From an uncultured Clostridia bacterium (GTDB lineage: Bacteria; Bacillota; Clostridia; Oscillospirales; CAG-272), in the NCBI GenBank assembly GCA_947588825.1, contig CANPZU010000004.1, forward strand, positions 21,649 to 85,648: 64,000 nt of DNA, read 5' to 3'. The position numbers and the translations under genes were made by a program. A model generated the notes under the pieces. It made no database searches, was not told the origin of the DNA, and was given only the letters and a program-made list of their open reading frames with translations. Every line of letters begins with the position of its first letter. Positions within the stretch are counted from its first letter, which is position 1. Shown here piece by piece: positions 1 through 8,265 of the stretch.

Positions 1-173
1 TCGTCAAAGCGTTCCCAGATGTGGAGCAAGTATATATCGACAGTAAACCGTATTTTGAGGATTATCTGAAATCCACATACAAAACAGGGGAAGACACTGA
101 AAAACGCACAATGCAAGACCTTAGCGATCAAGCGAAAAACTCACCCTTAATCGACGGCATGAAAACAGAATAA
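1..173 (+). CDS. 3' end of an upstream CDS, function unknown (probably head-morphogenesis module)
   Basis: An open frame phased from nt 3 enters the window and stops at TAA 171-173. A hairpin terminator follows. Confidence 0.5.
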   Translation, partial: VKAFPDVEQVYIDSKPYFEDYLKSTYKTGEDTEKRTMQDLSDQAKNSPLIDGMKTE

Positions 174-182
174 TCGTTAATC

Positions 183-206
183 AGCGCCTTAACGGGCGCT
201 TTTTAT
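183..206 (+). terminator. Rho-independent terminator
   Basis: AGCGCC (183-188) pairs with GGCGCT (195-200), followed by TTTTTAT. Confidence 0.7.
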
Positions 207-314
207 ATCGCCTAGGAGAAGTAGGCGTTAAACAAGGAGCAAACGTCATAGAAAGACGGCAAAAAAGAGCAAAGCGGAGACAACCGCTCAACCAAACAGA
301 AAGGTGGATTTGAT

Positions 315-1010
315 ATGAAGCACATGAACAACCATTACGGTCAAAGCCGAATTTTCGGCAGGGCAAGATGCAAGGTCATGCCTATGAACCTGCAGTTTTT
401 CGCAGAGGGCGACGGCGGAGCAGGCGGGGAAGCCGGTGCTGACAGTGGAAACGCCGGAACAGAACCGGGAACCGGCGCGGAGCCGGAGGGCGAGAAGAAA
501 CCGTCCTACGACGAGCTTCTGGCGTTGCTGAACGCAGAGAAAGCGGACAAGGAAAGAATCAAGAACCTAAAAGATGTCGCGTCGCGTGAGGCCGCAGATT
601 TCAAAAAGAAGTACCGCGAGAAGATGACCGCAGAGGAACAGGCCGCTCTTGAAAAGAAAGAGGCGGACGAGGCGAAGGATGCCAGAATCAAGGAACTTGA
701 GGAAAAGATGGCGGTCATTGACAACACCTCATTTTGGGGCGGCAAGTCAATCGGCATGGACGAGGCGCTTGCGAAGTCCACGGCGGAGGCGGAGGCGACC
801 GGAGACAAGGAAAAGTTCCGCGAGAACATTGCCAAGCATATCAAGTCCATCAAGGACAGCGCATATCAGCAGGCGCTTGCCGACCGCCCCGAGATTGCGG
901 CGGGCAACGGCGCGGCTGACAAGAATTCTGCTGCGAAAGATATGGCGGTCGCATCTGCGAAGCGTCTCGGCGGCGTAAACGAAGACATCATCAAACAGTA
1001 CAGGAGGTAA
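315..1010 (+). CDS. Phage scaffolding protein
   Basis: It contains the MNLQFFAEG motif typical of Firmicutes phage scaffold/prohead N termini, followed by Ala/Glu/Lys-rich coiled-coil sequence. It lies upstream of the capsid gene. The RBS AAAGGTGG precedes ATG 315, and ATG 384 (MNLQFF) is an alternative start. Confidence 0.7.
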   Translation: MKHMNNHYGQSRIFGRARCKVMPMNLQFFAEGDGGAGGEAGADSGNAGTEPGTGAEPEGEKKPSYDELLALLNAEKADKERIKNLKDVASREAADFKKKYREKMTAEEQAALEKKEADEAKDARIKELEEKMAVIDNTSFWGGKSIGMDEALAKSTAEAEATGDKEKFRENIAKHIKSIKDSAYQQALADRPEIAAGNGAADKNSAAKDMAVASAKRLGGVNEDIIKQYRR

Positions 1011-1015
1011 TCAAA

Positions 1016-1405
1016 ATGGCAGTAGTAAGAGGCGAAATGAGAGTAGAGAATGCCGCCTTCGGTAGCGGCACAGAAATCCTGAACCGCCCGCCCTACGAGG
1101 CAGTGGCGATGACGATTGATTTCAGCTCCGCAGTAAGCGGGGAGGGTTTCAAGGAAAATGAGGACACGAAGGAGCTGTACGTCCCGGCGGGTATGCCGAT
1201 TAACAAGGACGGCGTTCCGAAGCATGACGAAACAACGGACGTTGTTGGCATACTGCTTTACGACGTGTACCAGAGCAATCCGCAGGGCGCGGTGCTCAAG
1301 AAGGCGTACATCAATGAGAAGAGGGCAAAGGCAAGCTCCGGCGTGGATTACAAAACCTTTGCGGACAAGCTCCCGATGATCGTGTTTGAAGAGTTGGGGG
1401 AATGA
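1016..1405 (+). CDS. Small head protein, possibly decoration-type
   Basis: A 129-aa ORF between the scaffold and capsid genes, the position of gpD in gpE-type head modules. No specific motif was recognised. Confidence 0.45.
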   Translation: MAVVRGEMRVENAAFGSGTEILNRPPYEAVAMTIDFSSAVSGEGFKENEDTKELYVPAGMPINKDGVPKHDETTDVVGILLYDVYQSNPQGAVLKKAYINEKRAKASSGVDYKTFADKLPMIVFEELGE

Positions 1406-2199
1406 TCGGGGCTGACAGCATAAAAATCCCCAGTCAGTCCCAAGACATGGGGGACAAAAACGGCAACAAAAAGGTCGAGGATTTGATTGAGCCGGGCATG
1501 ACGGTCGACTGGAACGGCGCGGTCGGAACGCCGCACGGCACGGTCAAGTACGTCGCAAAGTACGGCGAACCATACGAGGACGGTGAGCAGTTCGGGCATT
1601 ACTTCCCGTTCAAGTTCAGTGAAGAGCTTTACGGGAAAGCAATCCGCGTTGGAGCACAGAACGGCGTTGGCGGCAAGGTAATCACGCCGAACGAGGAAGA
1701 CCCGTACCTGATTATACGCATCGAGAATGTGACGGTTGAAGACAAAATCACTGCCATTCTGGAAGAGACCGGCGAGGAAGTGTTCACAGTTGATTTCAGC
1801 AAGGTGCTCCTGCCGAACGTCGCAGTAATGGCGCAGGACGAGCAAGTCGTGTATGGGGAGAAGCCCGTGTCCGAAATCATGGGCGAAGATGTCAAAATTG
1901 CATGGAACGGCGGCACGACCGGCTATGTGATGGGTACATTCCCGATGGTTACGGGGTGGACGCAGTTGCCGGGCAAGCCGAACGACGGACATTTCTTCGC
2001 ACTCCGCATCGACCAGAAGTTCCTCGGGAAACCGTTTACCCACAGCAAGGGGAGCGACGAGGGGACGACCGTGCAGGAGGCGACGCAGGACGAGATGTTC
2101 TGGGTGCTCAACATCGACGACCGCAAGAGGCACACGTTCAGGTCTGACGATACGGTTATTGCCGTGCTTGATTTTACCGGCGCAGTTTTCAAGCCGTAG
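1402..2199 (+). CDS. Hypothetical structural protein
   Basis: A 265-aa ORF whose start is coupled to the previous stop by an ATGA overlap. It lies in the head module. Confidence 0.6.
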   Translation: MIGADSIKIPSQSQDMGDKNGNKKVEDLIEPGMTVDWNGAVGTPHGTVKYVAKYGEPYEDGEQFGHYFPFKFSEELYGKAIRVGAQNGVGGKVITPNEEDPYLIIRIENVTVEDKITAILEETGEEVFTVDFSKVLLPNVAVMAQDEQVVYGEKPVSEIMGEDVKIAWNGGTTGYVMGTFPMVTGWTQLPGKPNDGHFFALRIDQKFLGKPFTHSKGSDEGTTVQEATQDEMFWVLNIDDRKRHTFRSDDTVIAVLDFTGAVFKP

Positions 2200-2268
2200 C
2201 AACAAAACCGGCTATCCAAAGCAGGGTAGCCGCTTACCAACAAAAATTTTTGGAAGGAGAACAGAACT

Positions 2269-3357
2269 ATGCTGAATTTATCAGATGTCTTTAACTCTGC
2301 ATCGGTTGCCATGAACAGAACCGAAGTAGAGAGCAACAGAATCCCGTATCTTGGGGAGGCATACTTCCCGAGCAGGAAGAAGATGGGGCTTGACCTCAAG
2401 TGGATTAAGATTCACAAGGGACTTGGAGTGGCGCTGAAGCCGTCCACATTCGACGCGATCCCGACTGTACGTCCGAGGGGCGGCGCAAAGCTCACGCAGG
2501 AAGAGATGCCCTTCTTCCGCGAGTCCATGATTATCAAGGAAAAGGACATGATGGAGCTTGCCCGTATTCAGGACAGCAACGACCCGTACTTACAGCCGGT
2601 GATTGATTCCATCTACGACGACACCAATACGCTGATTGACGGCGCTGACATCGCTGTTGAGAAGATGAGGATGCAGTTACTTGCCCCGACAGACGGCGAC
2701 CTCAAGATTACCATCGGCGCGGCGGACAACACGTCCTACATCTACGACTATGACGCGGACAACAAGTGGTCGGAAAAACACTTTACGTCAAATCTTTCCG
2801 GCGCGACGTGGGACAATCCGACGACCGCAAAGCCGCTGACCGATATCCGCAAGGGTATTCAGTACCTCGCAAGCATCGGATACACCGGCGCGACCATCCT
2901 TGGGAACAGCACGACGTTCGACTACCTGCTTGACTGCGACCAAGTCAAGAACGCACTTGTCTCCATCACCGGGCAGACCATCGGATTCCTTGACACAGAG
3001 ACGGTCGAGGAAGTCCTGCGCAGGAAGCTCAAGATTGACTGGCTTAGTTATGACAAGATGTATACGGACTACGACGGAGTGGAGAAGAAGTTCTACCCGG
3101 ACAACTACGTGACAATCATCGGAAACGGGCAGCTTGGCAACACTTGGTACGGCACTACGCCAGAGGAATTGACGATGATGAACTTCATGGGCATGCCACA
3201 GCCGCCGGTTGACATTTCCGTGCTCGACCGCGGCGTGGCGGTTGCCGTGAAGTCCGAGTACAAGCCCGCGCATACCGTAACCACGACGGCTTCGCAGATT
3301 GTACTTCCGTCGTTCGAGGGCATGGACGGAATCTACGTAATCAAAGTAAAGTCGTAA
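2269..3357 (+). CDS. Major capsid protein, lambda gpE-like family
   Basis: 362 aa. The N-terminal region (NRIPYLGEAYFP) and C-terminal region (GQLGNTWYGTTPEE) resemble my recollection of the Phage_cap_E family. The RBS is GGAAGGAG. Confidence 0.8.
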   Translation: MLNLSDVFNSASVAMNRTEVESNRIPYLGEAYFPSRKKMGLDLKWIKIHKGLGVALKPSTFDAIPTVRPRGGAKLTQEEMPFFRESMIIKEKDMMELARIQDSNDPYLQPVIDSIYDDTNTLIDGADIAVEKMRMQLLAPTDGDLKITIGAADNTSYIYDYDADNKWSEKHFTSNLSGATWDNPTTAKPLTDIRKGIQYLASIGYTGATILGNSTTFDYLLDCDQVKNALVSITGQTIGFLDTETVEEVLRRKLKIDWLSYDKMYTDYDGVEKKFYPDNYVTIIGNGQLGNTWYGTTPEELTMMNFMGMPQPPVDISVLDRGVAVAVKSEYKPAHTVTTTASQIVLPSFEGMDGIYVIKVKS

Positions 3358-3370
3358 GGAGGAATACTCC

Positions 3371-3670
3371 ATGATTTTCAAGTATCGAGTGAATTACGAC
3401 GGCACGTACTACGAGGCAGGACAGGACGTGCCGATTGACGAAGGGAAGAACCGGGGCGGGCAAAACGCCACGGCTTTTTCTGCCCCGGAATCTCCGCAGG
3501 AGAAAACAGAACCGACAGTTTCTGATGCCCACAAGTACACGCTTGAGGAGCTTGAGGACATGACGGTTCGGGAAATCCGGGCGGCGGCATCCAGTCTCGG
3601 GTTTGAGATTAAGAAAACATCGAGGGACGATGTCGTAAACGAGTTTTTGGAAAAGCAGAACCAGATGTAA
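3371..3670 (+). CDS. Small protein with C-terminal Rho-N/SAP-like helix-extension-helix motif
   Basis: LEELEDMTVREIRAAASSLGFEIKKTSRDDVV resembles the Rho_N/HeH motif that is common after phage capsid genes. The RBS is AAGGAGG. Confidence 0.6.
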   Translation: MIFKYRVNYDGTYYEAGQDVPIDEGKNRGGQNATAFSAPESPQEKTEPTVSDAHKYTLEELEDMTVREIRAAASSLGFEIKKTSRDDVVNEFLEKQNQM

Positions 3671-3683
3671 GGGAGTGTTTGGC

Positions 3684-4034
3684 ATGAGAGAAGAACTGCT
3701 TCGGGCATTAATTGAACACGCAAAAAAGGTTGGGGATTATTGCCCGGAGCACGACTCATACCTTCTGTTTCTTATAGACAACGCAGTAGAAGAGTTGGCA
3801 ATAAGAAAGTACCCGTATTCATTTCAGTCTGAAAAAAAAGCAAAAAAGGCAAAAGAGTCGACATTGGCATTACTTAACAGACGAGTTTACGAAATAGCAA
3901 AATGGCATTTTGATTTTAGCGGAGAGGAAGGCGCAATTGCGTTTTCTGAGGGAGGAAGCAGTGTATCATTTGAAAACGCAGGAACACCAGAAAGCTATTT
4001 TGCCGGGATAGTGCCAGAAAGCAGAATTTTGTAG
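3684..4034 (+). CDS. Head-tail connector (gp6-like) protein
   Basis: The size and position fit, and the N-terminal helix pattern (DNAVEELAIRKYPY) is typical of gp6-type connectors. ATG 3684 follows the RBS AAGGGAG. Confidence 0.45.
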   Translation: MREELLRALIEHAKKVGDYCPEHDSYLLFLIDNAVEELAIRKYPYSFQSEKKAKKAKESTLALLNRRVYEIAKWHFDFSGEEGAIAFSEGGSSVSFENAGTPESYFAGIVPESRIL

Positions 4035-4150
4035 TAAAAGACGGAGCGCGGCGCACGGCTCCTCCCCGCTTGCGCCGCAGGGAGCGTCCATCATCGGAGG
4101 TGGGGAGGGCGCATTTTATACGGGGAGAGATTGGCTTGCGAGGTGATTGC

Positions 4151-4456
4151 ATGAGCTGTGAGACACCGTGCATAAACGAGAGACGCATTCACGACTTGGA
4201 GAAGGACATTGAGCGGAACACGATAACCCACAAGGAATTTTTCCAAAGGTTTGAGAGCATGAACGAGCGCATGGTCGGGTACGAGAAAGACATGTCCTAC
4301 CTGCGCACGACCATCAGCACAATGTCAGAGGACTTAAAGGAGATAAAAGAAAAACCCGCGAAACGATGGGAAAGCGCGGTTCTGTGCGCAATTACTTCTA
4401 TCGTAAGCGTGGTAGTAGGATTTCTATTGAGCGGCGGGATATTCCACGGCGCGTGA
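4151..4456 (+). CDS. XhlA-like protein (coiled coil plus C-terminal TM helix)
   Basis: The HDLEKDIERN...SEDLKEIKEK coiled coil is followed by the TM segment AVLCAITSIVSVVVGFLL, which is the XhlA haemolysin-like architecture. The RBS is GAGGTGA. Confidence 0.5.
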   Translation: MSCETPCINERRIHDLEKDIERNTITHKEFFQRFESMNERMVGYEKDMSYLRTTISTMSEDLKEIKEKPAKRWESAVLCAITSIVSVVVGFLLSGGIFHGA

Positions 4457-4486
4457 ACATTATTCCACTGAGGGGAGGACGGTGGA

Positions 4487-5083
4487 ATGAATCGAGAAGA
4501 GCAGATAGATATATCTGGTTTCACAAAGAAAGATATAGACTTTTTAAGAGAAAATTGCAATTTCACGCCGCAGGAGCGTGAGTTTTTTGATTTAAGGAAC
4601 AATCACTACACGCTGGAAGAAGCGGCGGAGATAATGAATATATCGACGAGGACATCGTCCCGTCTGAGTAAGAAAGTAAGCGATAAAATCAGGGCGGTAT
4701 CTTACGAAAGAATGGAATCGTATTTCAATGAATGGCTAAAATGCGGCAGTAATATGGCGAATAACTGTCCTTTTAAAAACTTCCTTAGCACCTTACAATT
4801 TATTTGTAAGGGAAAGGGAGGATTAAAAGATGCCATATCCATACTCACAGAACTACGGTTATCAGAATCCATACCAACAGCAGATGCCATATCAGCCGCC
4901 GATGCAGGACAGGTTAGCACAGTTGCAGAACCAGTATCAACAGGCGGTTCCGCAGTATCAAATGCCGCAACAGCCTCAACAGCAGATGCTACACCTGAAT
5001 GGACAAGTCGTGGACAGCCTCGATGTTGTCAAGGCGAAGGATGTGGACTTGAGCGGCGCGGTGACGTACTACCCGAAAGCTGA
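4487..5083 (+). CDS. Sigma-70 region-4-like / HTH transcription regulator
   Basis: FTPQEREFFDLRNNHYTLEEAAEIMNISTRTSSRLSKKV looks like a region-4 / LuxR-type HTH. The last ~85 codons overlap the next gene in another frame. Confidence 0.5.
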   Translation: MNREEQIDISGFTKKDIDFLRENCNFTPQEREFFDLRNNHYTLEEAAEIMNISTRTSSRLSKKVSDKIRAVSYERMESYFNEWLKCGSNMANNCPFKNFLSTLQFICKGKGGLKDAISILTELRLSESIPTADAISAADAGQVSTVAEPVSTGGSAVSNAATASTADATPEWTSRGQPRCCQGEGCGLERRGDVLPES

Positions 5084-5327
5084 TTTAAGCGAAATCTACA
5101 CGAAACAGCTCATGGCGGACGGAACGAGCCGGATTGTGACATACAAGGCAGTCCCGCAGGAAACTCCGGCGCAGGTTCCACAGACCGTTACAGCAGACAC
5201 GATCGAGACGATGTTCAGCCAGTTGCGGACGGACGTGGTGAACGAGATTAACGCCATTAAGGATATGATTCCGGCAATCGTCCCGGAGTCTCCGGCAACC
5301 AAGTCGAGAGGGGGAAGCAAGGCATGA
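4830..5327 (+). CDS. Hypothetical protein with Q/P/Y-rich N-terminal low-complexity region
   Basis: A strong RBS (GGGAGG) precedes the ATG. The first ~55 aa are dominated by Q, P and Y. Confidence 0.7.
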   Translation: MPYPYSQNYGYQNPYQQQMPYQPPMQDRLAQLQNQYQQAVPQYQMPQQPQQQMLHLNGQVVDSLDVVKAKDVDLSGAVTYYPKADLSEIYTKQLMADGTSRIVTYKAVPQETPAQVPQTVTADTIETMFSQLRTDVVNEINAIKDMIPAIVPESPATKSRGGSKA

Positions 5328-5557
5328 ACCCTCTGCAGTTGATCGGAATGTTACGGAATGGCGGGAATCCGCAGGCCGCATTGATGAACCTGATGCGACA
5401 GAATGCAGGAAATAACCCATTAATAAACAACGCCCTCGGTATGATGGAACAGGGAAACACCAAAGGCGTTGAGGAAATGGTTAAGAATATTTGCAAGGAA
5501 AAGGGTTTAGACCCTAACCAAGTGATGCAGACAACCAGAAATATGTTTGGGGCATAG
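5324..5557 (+). CDS. Hypothetical small protein
   Basis: A 77-aa ORF joined to the upstream gene by an ATGA overlap. Confidence 0.6.
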   Translation: MNPLQLIGMLRNGGNPQAALMNLMRQNAGNNPLINNALGMMEQGNTKGVEEMVKNICKEKGLDPNQVMQTTRNMFGA

Positions 5558-5559
5558 CA

Positions 5560-6405
5560 TCAAGAGTTTTTGCGAGAGAGATTCTGATTTGGCGGAGTTG
5601 TAAGTGCCTTTTCGGCTGACCATCCTCTGGAAACTCTCCCATGTATCAAAGCCCAACTCAACCCAGTAGACGCCGACCACTCGGCGATAGATTTTTTCTC
5701 GCCATTATATTCGAGTATGCGGGTTGAGGATTTGTTGATAGACTGTTGAAATGAAGTCGCCCAACGGCAGTTTGATGGTTCGTAGTTACCGTCATTGTTA
5801 ATTCGGTCAATGGTGCAACCTTTCGGACGACCACCGACAGAATCAGACCATTCAACGAATTTCCAGAAATCATGCCATTCATCGCAAACCTTGATGCCTC
5901 TGGCACCATAGCGATAATATTTTATATGATTCGGATTTTCACAACGGTTTATCATTTGAAACCAAAGGCCGTATAAAGGATGTTTGGCTCTGCTATCAAT
6001 GGTTTTATGATTGTCTTTTCTTAAACAACCACAGCTTTTCACGGAACCATTATCGAATTGATATGGGAACAACCGGGACGTATTCCCACATTGGCATTGA
6101 CAGTCAAGACGCCATTTTTTGTCGCTTGGCAATTTGGAATATCCGATAACGGTTAGCAAGTTCTTTGTTTTGCCAATGTATTTCTCTAGGTCATTATGAG
6201 GCCTTGTTTGAACACGACTGAATTGACACTTGCCGCAAGATTTTTGCCCGCCACTGATTACGCGGTCTGGCGCATAACTCACGATTGCACCGCATTCACA
6301 TCTGAAATCGAATGCGTTTGGAATAGAACTGTTTTTGGATTGACCGATTACAGTCAGATGACCATATTGTTTCCCAATATAGTCAGAAACGTGATACTTA
6401 ATCAT
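5560..6405 (-). CDS. HNH/AP2-type homing-endonuclease-like protein
   Basis: It has repeated G.LTVIG...C.C.CG Zn-ribbon-like modules, then YGARGIKVCDEW...IDRINNDGNYEPSNCRWAT, a motif I associate with phage HNH/AP2 homing endonucleases. It is the only minus-strand gene in the head module. Confidence 0.6.
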   Translation of the reverse strand: MIKYHVSDYIGKQYGHLTVIGQSKNSSIPNAFDFRCECGAIVSYAPDRVISGGQKSCGKCQFSRVQTRPHNDLEKYIGKTKNLLTVIGYSKLPSDKKWRLDCQCQCGNTSRLFPYQFDNGSVKSCGCLRKDNHKTIDSRAKHPLYGLWFQMINRCENPNHIKYYRYGARGIKVCDEWHDFWKFVEWSDSVGGRPKGCTIDRINNDGNYEPSNCRWATSFQQSINKSSTRILEYNGEKKSIAEWSASTGLSWALIHGRVSRGWSAEKALTTPPNQNLSRKNS

Positions 6406-6596
6406 AAAAATAACACCTGTCCTTTCAGTGTGTGCGTCCTATTGATAAGTGTGCGGAAATCACTAGGACTTGTGACTTTCGGGAGCTACCCTATCCGCAC
6501 ATAAAAATTATAACACAAAATAGACAAAAACACAACAAAAATGGTAGAAAGCCGCGGATTTCTCCTTTTTGAATAAAAAGAAGGAGCAAATTAAAA

Positions 6597-7403
6597 ATGA
6601 TGAATGGAAATTATAGTTTGGCCGACATCGCAGCTGCGACGGGCGGCTCTAATTCCCGCGGCTCAAATGGCGGAATGTTCGGCGGAGACGGCGCTTGGTG
6701 GCTGATTGTGTTATTCCTTTTCGTTTTTTGCGGATGGGGAAATAACGGATGGGGCGGCTTCGGCGGCGGAAACGGCGGAGCGGGCGTACAGGGCGCACTC
6801 ACTCGCGGAGATTTATGCATGGATATGTCTTTCCAAGACGTAAAATCCGGCGTGCAGAACATTGACGACGCTGTGAGACTTGGATTCTCCAATCTGAACA
6901 GCACCATCTGCCAACAGCAGTACGACACCGCGCAGATGATTAACGGTCTCGGCACCACGATTCAGGGCGGCTTCAACGCGGCGAACATCGTTGCTCTCCA
7001 GAACCAGAACGCTTTGCAGACTCAGCTCGCTCAGTGTTGCTGTGGTCTTGAGGCGGGTCAGGCTCAGACGCGCTACGACATGGCGACGCAGGCTTGCGCG
7101 ACGCAGAACACGATTCAGAACGCGACGCGTGACATTATCGACAACCAGAACGCAAATAGCCGGGCAATTCTTGACTATCTGTGTCAGGATAAGATCGCAA
7201 CGCTCCAGAGCGAGAATCAGGCTCTTAGGCTTTCCGCTTCCCAGCAGGCGCAGAACGCATACCTGATTGAACAGCTCAGACCGACAGCGGTTCCGGCCTA
7301 CATCACGTGTAGCCCGTATGCATCTGCATTTGGCTATCCGTTCGCACAGGGCGGTTGTGGTTGCGGCTATCAGACAGCTAATTCCGGCTGCGGTTGCTGC
7401 TGA
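6597..7403 (+). CDS. Gly-rich TM protein with Q/N-rich coiled region and Cys-rich C terminus
   Basis: 268 aa. It has a Gly-rich N terminus with the TM helix WWLIVLFLFVFCGW, an internal CCC, and the C-terminal sequence GGCGCGYQTANSGCGCC. I did not recognise a family. Confidence 0.7.
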   Translation: MMNGNYSLADIAAATGGSNSRGSNGGMFGGDGAWWLIVLFLFVFCGWGNNGWGGFGGGNGGAGVQGALTRGDLCMDMSFQDVKSGVQNIDDAVRLGFSNLNSTICQQQYDTAQMINGLGTTIQGGFNAANIVALQNQNALQTQLAQCCCGLEAGQAQTRYDMATQACATQNTIQNATRDIIDNQNANSRAILDYLCQDKIATLQSENQALRLSASQQAQNAYLIEQLRPTAVPAYITCSPYASAFGYPFAQGGCGCGYQTANSGCGCC

Positions 7404-7618
7404 TGAACAGCAATAATCTCAATGGCATAAGCCTGTTTGATGCCCTGACGCTGTTTTCTGTAATGCTTCAGCTTATGGGATTACAAAACGACCTTGCGCA
7501 GACTACCACGGACGATCTGATGGAAGAACTGCAAAGGCAGGACAGGGCATATCTGGACAAAATCATTGAGAACCAAAAGGAAATATTGAAAAAACTCGCC
7601 GATCTAAAGGCTGATTAA
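7403..7618 (+). CDS. Hypothetical small protein
   Basis: ATG 7403 overlaps the upstream stop (TGATG). It is a 71-aa helical protein. Confidence 0.5.
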   Translation: MNSNNLNGISLFDALTLFSVMLQLMGLQNDLAQTTTDDLMEELQRQDRAYLDKIIENQKEILKKLADLKAD

Positions 7619-7622
7619 TTCT

Positions 7623-7650
7623 AAGGGGCGGGTTTTCCTGCCCCTTATTG
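7623..7650 (+). terminator. Hairpin, probable terminator
   Basis: AAGGGGC (7623-7629) pairs with GCCCCTT (7640-7646). The T-tract is weak. Confidence 0.45.
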
Positions 7651-7671
7651 ACTGATAAGGAGCAAATAAAT

Positions 7672-7860
7672 ATGGAAAAAGAAAATGCAATCGAGAAAGA
7701 TTCGTGGACTGACAATAGTTGGATTTTTATTCCTTTGATGATGTTGCTTGCGTTTGGCTTTCCTAGCGGAACAGACCATGAATTGCGCGAAGAAGTGGCA
7801 GAATTAAAAGGGAAAATGTCAGTCATTGAAAAAATTGTTTTGTCAGACAGGGGGAATTGA
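7672..7860 (+). CDS. Small membrane protein
   Basis: RBS AAGGAG. It contains the TM helix WIFIPLMMLLAFGF. Confidence 0.55.
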   Translation: MEKENAIEKDSWTDNSWIFIPLMMLLAFGFPSGTDHELREEVAELKGKMSVIEKIVLSDRGN

Positions 7861-7861
7861 C

Positions 7862-8248
7862 ATGGCTTGTAAGAATATATGCAAACTGTGCGACCATCTT
7901 GTGATTTCCCAAGCGGTGACGTATGACTCTGGCGTGCTTACAATCAATATTCCGGCAGGAAGTTATGAGAATTGCGATAAATATTGCTTGGTTATAAGTC
8001 AGGCAATCCCAACAGACGCTATCGTAGGCGCGCCGGTGGTAATCACCATCGGGGAAGGGACGGTTGCTTATCCTTTGTTACTCTGCAACGGAGCGCAGAT
8101 GACCGCAGGGACACTCAGAACAAGAACGAAATACAGCACGGTTGTGCAGACAAGCGCAACGGGCGGCAGTTTCCGCATTCTTGGGAAGATTTGTTTTCAG
8201 CAGAACAATAATCTGCAATCTATCAACGGCACAGCGCCGACAGAGTGA
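7862..8248 (+). CDS. Hypothetical Cys-containing protein
   Basis: 128 aa with RBS GGGGGA. The N terminus reads MACKNICKLCDH. No family recognised. Confidence 0.6.
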   Translation: MACKNICKLCDHLVISQAVTYDSGVLTINIPAGSYENCDKYCLVISQAIPTDAIVGAPVVITIGEGTVAYPLLLCNGAQMTAGTLRTRTKYSTVVQTSATGGSFRILGKICFQQNNNLQSINGTAPTE

Positions 8249-8265
8249 GGGAGGATAGAGACGTT

